This document shows positions 1 through 8,604 of a stretch of DNA of 35,576 nucleotides, piece after piece (position 1 is the stretch's first letter; every line of letters begins with the position of its first letter). The stretch is from a virus. Taxonomy: Duplodnaviria > Caudoviricetes. The translations under genes were made by a program, and so were the position numbers. The notes beneath the pieces were generated by a model. The model saw only the letters and a program-made list of their open reading frames with translations. It ran no database searches and was not told where the DNA came from. The DNA lies in IMG/VR virus record IMGVR_UViG_3300044724_007750, positions 1 through 35,576 of that record; one strand, given 5' to 3'.

Positions 1-167
1 GGAGTATGAAACTTTTTACCATCTCTTTCCATAAATCCTCCTTTACCTACATTAGAATAAGGCACTTTATAGTAATGCCTACTAACCCACATATTCATTT
101 CCGGCTTAGAAATGGATAAAGCTCCATCACTAAAAACAATTTCGTTATTTACTTCCCAAAGTGCCAT
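1..167 (-). CDS. hypothetical protein, 3' end runs off the window
   Basis: Not in the ORF track. Hand translation from the ATG at 167 gives MALWEVNNEIVFSDGALSISKPEMNMWVSRHYYKVPYSNVGKGGFMERDGKKFHT..., open to position 1. TAATG overlap with the upstream ORF. Confidence 0.75.
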   Translation of the reverse strand, partial: MALWEVNNEIVFSDGALSISKPEMNMWVSRHYYKVPYSNVGKGGFMERDGKKFHT

Positions 168-316
168 TATCTATTCCAATAATATTTACATGATTCATCT
201 TTACCGGGTACTTCTGTAAAGTAAGATTGCCACAACTCATTAACTGGAGCTTTAAATCTATAACAACTCTCTTTAGTACTACATCCGTCTCCGGAACACA
301 TTGTAATATCTGCCAT
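167..316 (-). CDS. small Cys-containing phage protein (49 aa)
   Basis: Not in the ORF track. MADITMCSGDGCSTKESCYRFKAPVNELWQSYFTEVPGKDESCKYYWNR*. It fills the gap exactly, starting 2 nt after the upstream stop, with its stop overlapping the next start. Confidence 0.8.
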   Translation of the reverse strand: MADITMCSGDGCSTKESCYRFKAPVNELWQSYFTEVPGKDESCKYYWNR

Positions 317-318
317 AT

Positions 319-570
319 CTATCCTTTATACAAATTACTACCCCAACCAGTTCTCTGATCCATCTTTCTAATAGTACCAGCAGCTTCAGCATCTTTTATT
401 ATCTCAGTCTCAGCATACTCAGTCTTACCGGCAATAATATTTCTTACATACCAAGCACTAGTAGTCGAGCACTTTACACAAGTCTTAGTACCAGGTAAAG
501 CTTTTAATCTAAGAGGATTTATCTCCTCAGTACATTTACTACACTTCATTAGCCTCGAATATTTTATCAA
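319..570 (-). CDS. DksA/TraR-like C4 zinc-finger protein
   Basis: CSKC...RLKALPGTKTCVKC matches the DksA/TraR C4 finger signature. The true start is probably the second Met (MKCSKC, 549). Confidence 0.75.
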   Translation of the reverse strand: MIKYSRLMKCSKCTEEINPLRLKALPGTKTCVKCSTTSAWYVRNIIAGKTEYAETEIIKDAEAAGTIRKMDQRTGWGSNLYKG

Positions 571-802
571 TATCTTCTCTAGTCAGCCATCCTTCTACCT
601 CACCATCAAACATAACTTCGAAAGTAGCTACATCAAGCGGATTATCAACAGCAGCTCTATTGCCATTTTTACTATGAGAGTATAATCCTTCTCCAGCAAC
701 TATTGATATTACTTTTCCGTTATCAAACTTATATTTCGCCATGATAGCCTTTTCAGGATTCATTGGATGCGAAACAAATACTAAATTTTTAAATCTTGCC
801 AT
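539..802 (-). CDS. hypothetical protein
   Basis: 87-aa ORF with AAAAAGGTT directly before the ATG and a promoter-like motif upstream. Confidence 0.8.
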   Translation of the reverse strand: MARFKNLVFVSHPMNPEKAIMAKYKFDNGKVISIVAGEGLYSHSKNGNRAAVDNPLDVATFEVMFDGEVEGWLTREDIDKIFEANEV

Positions 803-826
803 AACCTTTTTACTTTTATTTATACT

Positions 827-858
827 TAAATATACGAACTTTATCTCAGACTAACAAC
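827..858 (-). promoter_or_regulatory. class 1 promoter-like element (GTTG-N20-TATATTTA)
   Basis: Minus strand reads GTTG TTAGTCTGAGATAAAGTTCG TATATTTA. Same geometry as the other copies and as the Bacteroidota TTTG-N19-21-TAnnTTTG consensus. Confidence 0.75.
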
Positions 859-867
859 TTTTTCTTG

Positions 868-941
868 TAACCCGAGGGGGAGTCGAACCCCCAACCTTCT
901 GAGCCGAAATCAGATATTCTATCCAATTGAACTATCGGGCT
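868..941 (-). tRNA. tRNA-Arg (anticodon UCG)
   Basis: Minus strand folds as a cloverleaf: acceptor AGCCCGA/TCGGGTT, D arm GTTC-AATTGGATA-GAAT, anticodon arm TCTGA-TT(TCG)GC-TCAGA, T arm GGGGG-TTCGACT-CCCCC, discriminator A. CCA is not encoded. Confidence 0.93.
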
Positions 942-944
942 AAG

Positions 945-1310
945 TTATGCAACTAATTCCCAGTCTTTCTCTGCTTTAAAAGCTGCTACCTCATAAGGAT
1001 GATTATCATATCTAAATCCCATATTGTAATATCGTGTCATCCAAGAAGGAGATTGTAAGTAATGCTGATATTCATGCACTAGAGTTTGAGCTAAATCTTC
1101 CGCACTATCGATATTCTTATAATAAATAACTATGGTATTATAATCAAAGATGTACTCTGCAATTGGATTATCATCCTCAGTATAAACTGAATGGACATAT
1201 GGTTGAAATTCTAAATAAGGAGTAGTATTATGATGCTTGCTGTAACCGTATAGATCTATACAATTATCTAAATACTTCTCAGCTAATCTTCTTGTTGTTC
1301 TTAAATGCAT
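945..1310 (-). CDS. zincin-like (HExxH) metallopeptidase domain protein
   Basis: TLVHEYQHYLQ followed by a downstream HPYEVAA glutamate motif. Confidence 0.7.
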   Translation of the reverse strand: MHLRTTRRLAEKYLDNCIDLYGYSKHHNTTPYLEFQPYVHSVYTEDDNPIAEYIFDYNTIVIYYKNIDSAEDLAQTLVHEYQHYLQSPSWMTRYYNMGFRYDNHPYEVAAFKAEKDWELVA

Positions 1311-1327
1311 AACCTTTATTTTATATC

Positions 1328-1359
1328 TAAATATAAGAAGAATAACTCAGACTACCAAC
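1328..1359 (-). promoter_or_regulatory. class 1 promoter-like element
   Basis: GTTG GTAGTCTGAGTTATTCTTCT TATATTTA, 20-nt spacer, intergenic. Confidence 0.75.
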
Positions 1360-1363
1360 TATC

Positions 1364-2182
1364 TTAGTTACTTAAAGGAGCTTTTATAGCAGGATGTGAT
1401 TTGTAGTTAAAGAGGTTAACATCAAACTCTCCTTTCAAAATATCATGAAGAAGAATAGATACTTCCGGAAGATCATAAGAATATCTATCAATCTGTTCTT
1501 CTGCTTGTTGTAAGTGATTTTTATATAAATGGACATCCCCAAAGTTTCCTATGAGCTCTCCAGGTTCATAACCAGTCTCTTTACATAGTAATAACAGTAA
1601 CAAACCGTAACTACTGATGTTAAACGGCACTCCTAAGAATAGGTCAGCACTTCTTTGATTCCACATAAGAGAGAGCTTACCGTTAGCTACATAACATTGA
1701 AATGAATAATGGCAAGGAGGCAAAGTCATCTTCTCTAAGTCGCCTACATTCCATGCTGATACTAACATTCTTCTGCTATCTGGATTGTATTTTAAGTTGT
1801 TAATTAGTAGTTTAATCTGGTCATAGTCATAGAAATTCCTATCATAATGTCTCCAACTTCTCCATTGCTTCCCGTATATAGGACCTAAATCTCCGTTCTT
1901 ATTGCCAGACTTTTCATAATCACCATCCCAAATATGACAGTTATTATCTTGAAGATACTTTATATTAGTATCTCCTTTTAAGAACCATTTAAGTTCAGTA
2001 ACCATAGTCTTAAACGCTACCTTCTTAGTAGTTAAGATAGGAAAGCCATCTGACATATCGTGTCTAATTGTAGCTCCAAAGATAGATTTAGTACCTGTAC
2101 CTGTTCTATCTTTCTTATCTACTCCTCTAGTTAGAACTTGTTTGAGAAGCTTTTGATAGTCGTTATCTAAACTATTAGCCAT
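1364..2182 (-). CDS. thyA: thymidylate synthase
   Basis: DRTGTGT, ELKWF, GPIYGKQWR, catalytic LPPCH, QRSADLFLGVPFN and GDVHLYKNH motifs. Confidence 0.97.
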   Translation of the reverse strand: MANSLDNDYQKLLKQVLTRGVDKKDRTGTGTKSIFGATIRHDMSDGFPILTTKKVAFKTMVTELKWFLKGDTNIKYLQDNNCHIWDGDYEKSGNKNGDLGPIYGKQWRSWRHYDRNFYDYDQIKLLINNLKYNPDSRRMLVSAWNVGDLEKMTLPPCHYSFQCYVANGKLSLMWNQRSADLFLGVPFNISSYGLLLLLLCKETGYEPGELIGNFGDVHLYKNHLQQAEEQIDRYSYDLPEVSILLHDILKGEFDVNLFNYKSHPAIKAPLSN

Positions 2183-2363
2183 AAATTGTAATTTCTTCAG
2201 TACCAGAAGTATTCACAAGCTTTCTTAAAACTCTTCTATTTTTTGGTCTTCTGGATACTAATTCATAGGTAAGACCCTCTACAACGATATGATGACCTAT
2301 AATTGTAGTATCTGAAATCATGCTGTTCATCCTCATAGATGAAATATAAAACGATTTAATCAT
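2175..2363 (-). CDS. hypothetical protein
   Basis: 62-aa ORF overlapping the thyA start, with a promoter-like element upstream. Confidence 0.65.
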   Translation of the reverse strand: MIKSFYISSMRMNSMISDTTIIGHHIVVEGLTYELVSRRPKNRRVLRKLVNTSGTEEITIYG

Positions 2364-2382
2364 AACTATTTTTTCTTTAAAT

Positions 2383-2414
2383 ATAATATACGAAAAAAAT
2401 ATCAGACTAGAAAC
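2383..2414 (-). promoter_or_regulatory. class 1 promoter-like element (variant)
   Basis: GTTT CTAGTCTGATATTTTTTTCG TATATTAT, 20-nt spacer. Confidence 0.6.
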
Positions 2415-3127
2415 TAAGTCTGAATATTAAAGTTGATTACGCATCTATGAGACTTACCGTAAAACGGTTTAACTGAATGTACTATGTCATAAGGCCAAAT
2501 AACTAGCATTCCTTTCTTAGGTCTAATCATATATTGATGACCTCTTAAATGAAAAGCAAATACTCCAGAGTAAGGATGATCTTTCAAAGGTTCACCATCT
2601 GATAAATAATAACCACCGGAGAACATCTGAGTGTTTATTCCTGCTTCTTCTCTCTGCCATCTACAATGATTGTGCTGGTTATGACCTCTTCCTGAATAAG
2701 GGTCATAATATTGCATCCAGCTTTCAGTTATTTCACAATCAGTATGTTTATTGCCTAAATTATGTTGCAAGTATTTAAATCCTAATTTAATTCTATCAAC
2801 TAAAACTTTAACACTATCATGGTCTGTTTTTAAAAAATCATTAGGAGGAGAAAAAAATCTGCTGCCGATAGGAATTTGTTCATCATACTCAACCCACATA
2901 TCTTGAGTATCCGAAGGAGTATCATACCACTTCTGTCTATCAGAATCATACTGTTCTGGAAGTTCTTGTCCCATAAGCTTTTGGGAAGGACTAAGTTCAT
3001 TAAACCCTAAGTTATAAACTTCATCATGTAAATCATGATCATTGAAAACCTCCATATATACCGGGACTGGAGCCAGATGGTAAATATTTTTCTGGTTAGT
3101 TTCTATCAAAGGGTTAGAAAAAAACAT
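2414..3127 (-). CDS. putative Fe(II)/2OG oxygenase, TIGR02466-like (HxH type)
   Basis: ITESW..., HNQHNH, FSGGYYL, IWPYDIVHSV and RCVINFN give the DSBH pattern. Confidence 0.8.
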   Translation of the reverse strand: MFFSNPLIETNQKNIYHLAPVPVYMEVFNDHDLHDEVYNLGFNELSPSQKLMGQELPEQYDSDRQKWYDTPSDTQDMWVEYDEQIPIGSRFFSPPNDFLKTDHDSVKVLVDRIKLGFKYLQHNLGNKHTDCEITESWMQYYDPYSGRGHNQHNHCRWQREEAGINTQMFSGGYYLSDGEPLKDHPYSGVFAFHLRGHQYMIRPKKGMLVIWPYDIVHSVKPFYGKSHRCVINFNIQT

Positions 3128-4830
3128 TATTTTTTCTCTATGAGTAGTTCTATTTCTGGGAAGTAAATATATTTCATTTTACTTCTTATAACAGCTGATA
3201 TAGCATCATCTACTGTTTCTACTAGAGGGTCACCAGCTAGATTAAACGAAGTATTAAATACTATCGGAACATCAGTTAATTTGTAAAATTCACTAATGAT
3301 ATTATAGTACTCTTCGTTTTGCTCTTTAGTAACCGTCTGGATTCTACATGTATCATCTACATGAGTGATTGCTTTAATTTTGTCAACTTTATCCGGTAAA
3401 ACATCTACAGCATACATCATAAAAGGAGAACTCTCCATACCAGCCATATCAAACCACTCATCAGCATGTTCTTTTAGTACAGTACCTGCAAAAGGTCTAA
3501 ACCACTCTCTTCCTTTAACTTGATTAACGAAATCTTTACCATTTGGATCTGCAGGATTATAGAGAATAGATCTATTTCCAAGAGCTCTAGGTCCAGCTTC
3601 TGATCTTCCTTGATAAACTGCTACAATATTATTTTCCGATAAAAGCTCAGCTACCACTTTAGCATTTCCTTCGTAAGTACTAAACTTATCTTCATATTGA
3701 AGTAATCTGGATTTAATAAAGTCTTTGCTGTATTCCGGACCATAGTAAATAGATGTTTGTGGTCTTTTGGTGAAGTCATTTTTCTTGTCATGGTAAATAA
3801 TCTTAGCAGCTCCAATAACAGTACCTCCATCATGTGAAATTGGTTCTACATAGATATTTAAGTTTGGAAATCTCTTCTTTAAGTAGTAGTTATTAACACA
3901 GTTTAAACCATATCCTCCGGCAATCACAACATTATCTAAACCAGAAGCCTTTGCTGCTTGTTCTACTAAATCACCGACTAATTCTTGAGTATCTTTTTGA
4001 ATTTTATAAGCTAGATTCTTTTCTATATCTGTTAAAGCAGAAGGATCTCTATGCCATTCTTTCGGGTCATTTTTACGTTGAAATATAGGGTTAATATTAG
4101 TATCTACAAAAGCACCCATAGGGTAAGAAGGGATAAAGACGTCTCTACTAGCTCTATTATCTCTAAATAAAGTAGGAATGTTATCATCTTCTTCACCGTA
4201 AGATGAAAGCCCCATAGTTTTGCCAGCATCTAACCAGCCAAAGCCTAAATAGTTAGTTACAGCCTCATATGCTTTAGTAATTGTAACAGAGTTACCAACG
4301 TCAAAAGTACCATTAGTCATTCTAGGTTGATTATTATCCCCGAAGGTTTTATAAATGAATTTAAAATCAGCCGGGTACTTACATTTCCAAACTGATTCAC
4401 ATTCGAAACCTTTAGCTTTACTCTCTTCACTTTGATCCATTTGAACATCCATATAAGTTCCTGCTCCATCTACTACAACTGCAACAGCTTTCCCAAAGCC
4501 AGAATTGTAGAATGCTGTAGCGGCATGAGTCATATGATGTTCATGGCCAAAGAAAGTAGTCTTTATATCTGGGTAGAATTTTCTAACTAAAGAAGTATAA
4601 GGGTTTTCTTGAGTCCAAGGTAGTTGAGGAAAATCAACACCTGTTCCTACAATAACTAATTCATCTACTTTAAACCTATTCATTATGTCTATCATAGAAC
4701 GGAATGGATTACCATCGTACTTCATTCTAGATAAACGTTCTTCTTCTAAGTAGTATTTTACATCTCCATCAGAGATTAGAGCGGCAGAACCATTATGTCC
4801 TGGATTTATTGCTAGTATGTTATAACTCAT
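3127..4830 (-). CDS. carbamoyltransferase (NodU/CmcH family)
   Basis: GHNGSAA, EEERLSRMK, HEHHMTHAATAFYNSGF, VVDGAG, GKTMGLSSYG, AGGYGLNC, GPRALGNRSIL, KGREWFRPFA and NTSFNLAGDPLVET motifs. Confidence 0.95.
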   Translation of the reverse strand: MSYNILAINPGHNGSAALISDGDVKYYLEEERLSRMKYDGNPFRSMIDIMNRFKVDELVIVGTGVDFPQLPWTQENPYTSLVRKFYPDIKTTFFGHEHHMTHAATAFYNSGFGKAVAVVVDGAGTYMDVQMDQSEESKAKGFECESVWKCKYPADFKFIYKTFGDNNQPRMTNGTFDVGNSVTITKAYEAVTNYLGFGWLDAGKTMGLSSYGEEDDNIPTLFRDNRASRDVFIPSYPMGAFVDTNINPIFQRKNDPKEWHRDPSALTDIEKNLAYKIQKDTQELVGDLVEQAAKASGLDNVVIAGGYGLNCVNNYYLKKRFPNLNIYVEPISHDGGTVIGAAKIIYHDKKNDFTKRPQTSIYYGPEYSKDFIKSRLLQYEDKFSTYEGNAKVVAELLSENNIVAVYQGRSEAGPRALGNRSILYNPADPNGKDFVNQVKGREWFRPFAGTVLKEHADEWFDMAGMESSPFMMYAVDVLPDKVDKIKAITHVDDTCRIQTVTKEQNEEYYNIISEFYKLTDVPIVFNTSFNLAGDPLVETVDDAISAVIRSKMKYIYFPEIELLIEKK

Positions 4831-4851
4831 ATTTTTTGTAACTGTTTAATA

Positions 4852-4883
4852 TAAATATAAGAAAATTATTCTTATTTAAAAAC
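4852..4883 (-). promoter_or_regulatory. class 1 promoter-like element
   Basis: GTTT-N20-TATATTTA upstream of the carbamoyltransferase. An overlapping TATTTATA lies at 4850-4857. Confidence 0.6.
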
Positions 4884-5514
4884 TTTTTACGAAGGATAAT
4901 ATACTTAAAAGATCAGCGTCTTCTATGTTAAGATCTTTTTTATCATACAGTATAGGATTAAATTTGCCAATAAAAGTAGCAATATCACTAAACTGATCTT
5001 TACCCTTCTTTAAAATAGTATCTGATTCTCCACTCATAAACTTTCTAGTAGCGATATCCATACCTATTTGACCTTCTGTTGGGTTACCTTCATGTTGTTT
5101 AGATAGCAAAAGTTTTCCTTTTTCTTTATTTTTTCTTCCAACCTTTGAACTAATGTCTGATGTTTTCATAACAAACCAATAAGAAGCAAGTTTCTCTTCT
5201 TTAACCATTAGTATTTTATCATACAGAGCAGGTTTAACTTGGAAAAATAAACTAGTGTTTCCGGAAGCTTGTTTTAATTCTACTTTACAATTTGAAAAGA
5301 ACCTTCCTTTACCGTAACAGAAATCGTAATTGGGTGTAGAAGGTGCAGGTTCAGATATAACGTCCCTCAATCTATTCTCTAACAGCACTGAGCCAACTTT
5401 ACCTGCGGTTGATCTTGTGTAACAATCCGGGTTTCTAGCTAATATTTGATCTAATAATAATTTATCAGGTATGTTTAACTTAGCTGTGTCTAAAGTAAGT
5501 AAAACTTTTTTCAT
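4876..5514 (-). CDS. hypothetical protein, possible PD-(D/E)XK nuclease fold
   Basis: G..LE helix, then PNYDF, then KVELK, in the order expected for a restriction-endonuclease-like active site. Function is tentative. Confidence 0.45.
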   Translation of the reverse strand: MKKVLLTLDTAKLNIPDKLLLDQILARNPDCYTRSTAGKVGSVLLENRLRDVISEPAPSTPNYDFCYGKGRFFSNCKVELKQASGNTSLFFQVKPALYDKILMVKEEKLASYWFVMKTSDISSKVGRKNKEKGKLLLSKQHEGNPTEGQIGMDIATRKFMSGESDTILKKGKDQFSDIATFIGKFNPILYDKKDLNIEDADLLSILSFVKSF

Positions 5515-5515
5515 A

Positions 5516-5773
5516 TTACGTATTTATGTACCCAGCTGCATTAACTATTCTTTCGACTTTAGTAGTGTATGCTATTGTAGTAGTTTTTCTACTGTCCGAA
5601 ACACTTTCAAATTCAGCATATCCATAATCTCCACCTCCTCCATACGAAAGTTTTTTAATATATTTCCAAATTTGATTATCATACATAATGATATCTCCTT
5701 CTAATAATTCATGTACAAACCTATCTTGAGTTATAGGCATTTCACTTCTCTTAGGTATTCCTCCTCCTGCCAT
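5516..5773 (-). CDS. hypothetical protein
   Basis: 85-aa ORF tightly packed between neighbours. Confidence 0.7.
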   Translation of the reverse strand: MAGGGIPKRSEMPITQDRFVHELLEGDIIMYDNQIWKYIKKLSYGGGGDYGYAEFESVSDSRKTTTIAYTTKVERIVNAAGYINT

Positions 5774-5946
5774 TATTTAGTAGTTTTATTATTACAATTT
5801 TTCTTATGATTAAACCAACCCCCACATTTACATTTAATATAGTAAGCTGTAGTAGCTATTAGCGGTGAGCTAGCAAAGGCAGTCCAAATGTTTGGATGCC
5901 AATGCTCACCACATATACCTAAAGTATGTTTAATAACTTCTATCAT
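5773..5946 (-). CDS. small His/Cys-rich protein (57 aa)
   Basis: Not in the ORF track. MIEVIKHTLGICGEHWHPNIWTAFASSPLIATTAYYIKCKCGGWFNHKKNCNNKTTK*. ATGA overlap upstream and TAATG overlap downstream. Confidence 0.8.
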   Translation of the reverse strand: MIEVIKHTLGICGEHWHPNIWTAFASSPLIATTAYYIKCKCGGWFNHKKNCNNKTTK

Positions 5947-6770
5947 ACTAGTGCTGTTGCTAACTTAAACAGCTCTTTATTAACTTTCATATCCTTTTCG
6001 AAAGATTTAATCTTTCTAACCTTTCTAACTTTAGCTCCAGTAAGAGCAGCATGAAAATCTCCTTGAGTAATCTTCTCCTGAATAACATTAAATACTCTCC
6101 AAAGATCATCTCCTTTATCTTCTTTACGTTTTGGTTCTAAAATATCATCAATAGTCTCATCATCGTACTGAAGCTCTTTTACTCCAGCTCTGATTAACAT
6201 AGCATCTAAAGCCATCTTTCTCTTCTCTTCTTCTGATAAAATTCTATTCTTCATATCGTTCATTACTTGAACTCTATTAGGAAGATCTTCTACAGCTTGA
6301 CAAACTACATTTCTAAGTTCCTCAAAAGAATAACCTTTGTGTTTAATCTTAAAGTCACTGAACTGCTCATCAGCTACTACAAGCCCATTTGAACAAACTA
6401 ATCTAAAGATACCGACAGAGAACTTAAATGCTTGCATCCCATCATGACTATTAGTTAATAAGATTCTAGGATAAGCATCATCACCATCTTCAGAGGTAAT
6501 TTTAATCTCTGGATTCTGGAAAGCTACCATATGTTTAGAGAAGATAGTTCCTTCTTTCTTTCTAGCTTTACGCTGTGCTGCTTGAACTGGTAACCATCCT
6601 AACTTTTCTAAGTCATCAATGATAGTCTCAGTATTAACAAACAAGTACTTATCACTAACATCTGGGTTAGTAGGAGCATCTGCAAATACTAATGGAGAGG
6701 AATTTCTAATTTGATCTTTGGTAAGGTATCCATCTAAACCTTTACCAAAATTTAACATAACATCATTCAT
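5943..6770 (-). CDS. DUF932/DUF945 family protein
   Basis: SDKYLFVNT, KHMVAF, ILLTNSHDG, GIFRLVCSNGLV, and R.ED..DLWRVFNVIQE motifs. Confidence 0.88.
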   Translation of the reverse strand: MNDVMLNFGKGLDGYLTKDQIRNSSPLVFADAPTNPDVSDKYLFVNTETIIDDLEKLGWLPVQAAQRKARKKEGTIFSKHMVAFQNPEIKITSEDGDDAYPRILLTNSHDGMQAFKFSVGIFRLVCSNGLVVADEQFSDFKIKHKGYSFEELRNVVCQAVEDLPNRVQVMNDMKNRILSEEEKRKMALDAMLIRAGVKELQYDDETIDDILEPKRKEDKGDDLWRVFNVIQEKITQGDFHAALTGAKVRKVRKIKSFEKDMKVNKELFKLATALV

Positions 6771-6800
6771 AATTATAACCTTTTATTTATTTAACTTACT

Positions 6801-6832
6801 TAAATATAAGAAAAAAAATTGTAACTCACAAC
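6801..6832 (-). promoter_or_regulatory. class 1 promoter-like element
   Basis: GTTG TGAGTTACAATTTTTTTTCT TATATTTA, 20-nt spacer. Confidence 0.75.
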
Positions 6833-7957
6833 TTATTCAAAAGAAAAGTTAGTTAATTCTTCATATAATTTTTCTCCTCCAGATTTAATAGGAAGATTTA
6901 AATTAGGATGGATACTTTTATAGTAATTGTAAATTTGTTTTAATTTTGAATCTCCTATAAGTTTTCTTAGGTGATGAATAGTATAAGCTTGAAATATATC
7001 ATACCATTTTAAGTAAGTAGAATGAAGAAAGCCGTTAAAGTCTTCGTCAAAAAATTCTTTAACTTGTTCTTTACTTTCAATAGTAATAACTTTTTCAAAT
7101 GGTTGGTTACAGCAATCACAGAGAGTTTTTAATTTGCCTCTAAATGGAAACTTTACATCATTTATACTAGGCACATTATTAAATTCATCTAACTGAGTAA
7201 ATGGAACATAATCAAATATTGTATGTTTATTTTTAGACGAATAAGCTTTGTATTCTTTATTTTTAGACCTAAGAATTTGATGTAATGTAAGTTGCTCTAT
7301 GTAGCAAGGTCCAAATTCTTCTTCGTCTATTGCTTGTTTATTAGAATAGTAGTGTGTAAGTGCTTCTTCAGCAACTTTATTAAAAGTTTTATAATCCTCA
7401 ACATATACTATATTCATGTTTGGAATAGAATTCAAATCAAAATTTTCTAATACCTTTTTGTCGAACTTATCTATTAACTTAAATAGTAACCTAGTATAAG
7501 TATTATTTAAATCATAAGTAAATCTTGACTTAGGATTAGAAAAGCTATACATGTTATTGATAATGGAAGAGAATCCCTCATCTATATTTTTGAGTATACC
7601 ATCCGAACCTGCTAGATCTGGATGGCTAAATATGAATGGCCTTTTATACTTTTTAAAGTCTATTTTTTTAAATAAAAAAGTATCGTAATCTATATGAAGA
7701 AAAGGTTCCTTTATATTTTTAAAACAATGTAGCTTACCGATACTCCATGTATCTGAATGCTCTTGAACTATAATATCGTCAATACATTCATTATATGGAA
7801 TACCTAATTCTGAAACTACTTTTATGATTTCAGGAGTGCTTACAAAGCTAATATTTCCGTAATGTTTTTTTGCCAGTAATGCGCTGAGATACTGAGAGTA
7901 TAGGAGTTCCTTCCATATAATATTATACTTATCAACATATGAATGAACTACTTTCAT
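6833..7957 (-). CDS. DUF6734-like protein, probable GT-A fold (DxD)
   Basis: WSIGKL...EPFLHIDYDTFL motif, followed by NMNIV and IEQ segments. Confidence 0.6.
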   Translation of the reverse strand: MKVVHSYVDKYNIIWKELLYSQYLSALLAKKHYGNISFVSTPEIIKVVSELGIPYNECIDDIIVQEHSDTWSIGKLHCFKNIKEPFLHIDYDTFLFKKIDFKKYKRPFIFSHPDLAGSDGILKNIDEGFSSIINNMYSFSNPKSRFTYDLNNTYTRLLFKLIDKFDKKVLENFDLNSIPNMNIVYVEDYKTFNKVAEEALTHYYSNKQAIDEEEFGPCYIEQLTLHQILRSKNKEYKAYSSKNKHTIFDYVPFTQLDEFNNVPSINDVKFPFRGKLKTLCDCCNQPFEKVITIESKEQVKEFFDEDFNGFLHSTYLKWYDIFQAYTIHHLRKLIGDSKLKQIYNYYKSIHPNLNLPIKSGGEKLYEELTNFSFE

Positions 7958-8295
7958 GCTTTAATTGCTTCTAATAACTTCCAACAGTCTATTTGTTCAT
8001 CAGCTAATTCCTCTTCATGAAGATGATTTAAACAATTTTCTAATGCAAATTGCCATTGACTCTTAGGAAGAGATATTTCATACATCATTTCTACTTCTTC
8101 AAAAGAAAGTTCGAATAAAGGAGCAGTTCTTTTTCTTTTAATAGCTGCTTCTTGTATACCATTTATTATAGCTCTTGTAACAGCAAGAGTTTTTATTTTA
8201 AATATTCCTTCAAACTCCTCTGTATTATTAAAATGTAATCTAACCACGATTTTCTGATATTTTTCTAGCTTTATCCCAAATCTCATTCTTTTCAA
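7954..8295 (-). CDS. hypothetical protein
   Basis: ORF whose stop overlaps the next start (ATGA). The real start is probably the GTG at 8247, which shrinks the overlap with the upstream gene. Confidence 0.7.
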   Translation of the reverse strand: MKRMRFGIKLEKYQKIVVRLHFNNTEEFEGIFKIKTLAVTRAIINGIQEAAIKRKRTAPLFELSFEEVEMMYEISLPKSQWQFALENCLNHLHEEELADEQIDCWKLLEAIKA

Positions 8296-8557
8296 AAGAA
8301 CCGGTGTCTGAAAAGTCTACTATGTTGTTAGTACCCCATGTGTAAACGGGACCATGATATTCATAAGTCCTCATAGGAACTACAACGTTACCTAATTCAG
8401 CATATTCCGGTTCAGTAATCCTTCTAGGACCATTAAATGCTCTAAAGTCTTTAGTAGTAACTCTAGTCCATTTACCGTTAAAGAATATTTCTAATAAACC
8501 TGCAGTATTATAATTATTTATAAGACTCTGCTGCTCTAAACCTCTCTTTTCTGCCAT
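8240..8557 (-). CDS. hypothetical protein
   Basis: 105-aa ORF with AAAAGGTT-ATG and an upstream promoter-like element. Confidence 0.8.
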   Translation of the reverse strand: MAEKRGLEQQSLINNYNTAGLLEIFFNGKWTRVTTKDFRAFNGPRRITEPEYAELGNVVVPMRTYEYHGPVYTWGTNNIVDFSDTGSFEKNEIWDKARKISENRG

Positions 8558-8572
8558 AACCTTTTATTAAAC

Positions 8573-8604
8573 TAAATATAAGAAAATTAACTTAAAGATC
8601 CAAC
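8573..8604 (-). promoter_or_regulatory. class 1 promoter-like element
   Basis: GTTG GATCTTTAAGTTAATTTTCT TATATTTA. The upstream box lies within the 3' end of the preceding gene. Confidence 0.7.

Noticed and set aside
1364-2182. ThyA homolog as a dCMP hydroxymethylase
   Set aside because: It retains Asn in PFNISSY and the canonical ThyA motifs, whereas dCMP-modifying homologs have Asp at that position.
827-2414. Repeated intergenic sequences as a CRISPR array or attachment sites
   Set aside because: The copies are degenerate, separated by whole genes and positioned like promoters. There are no regular spacers, cas genes or integrase in the window.
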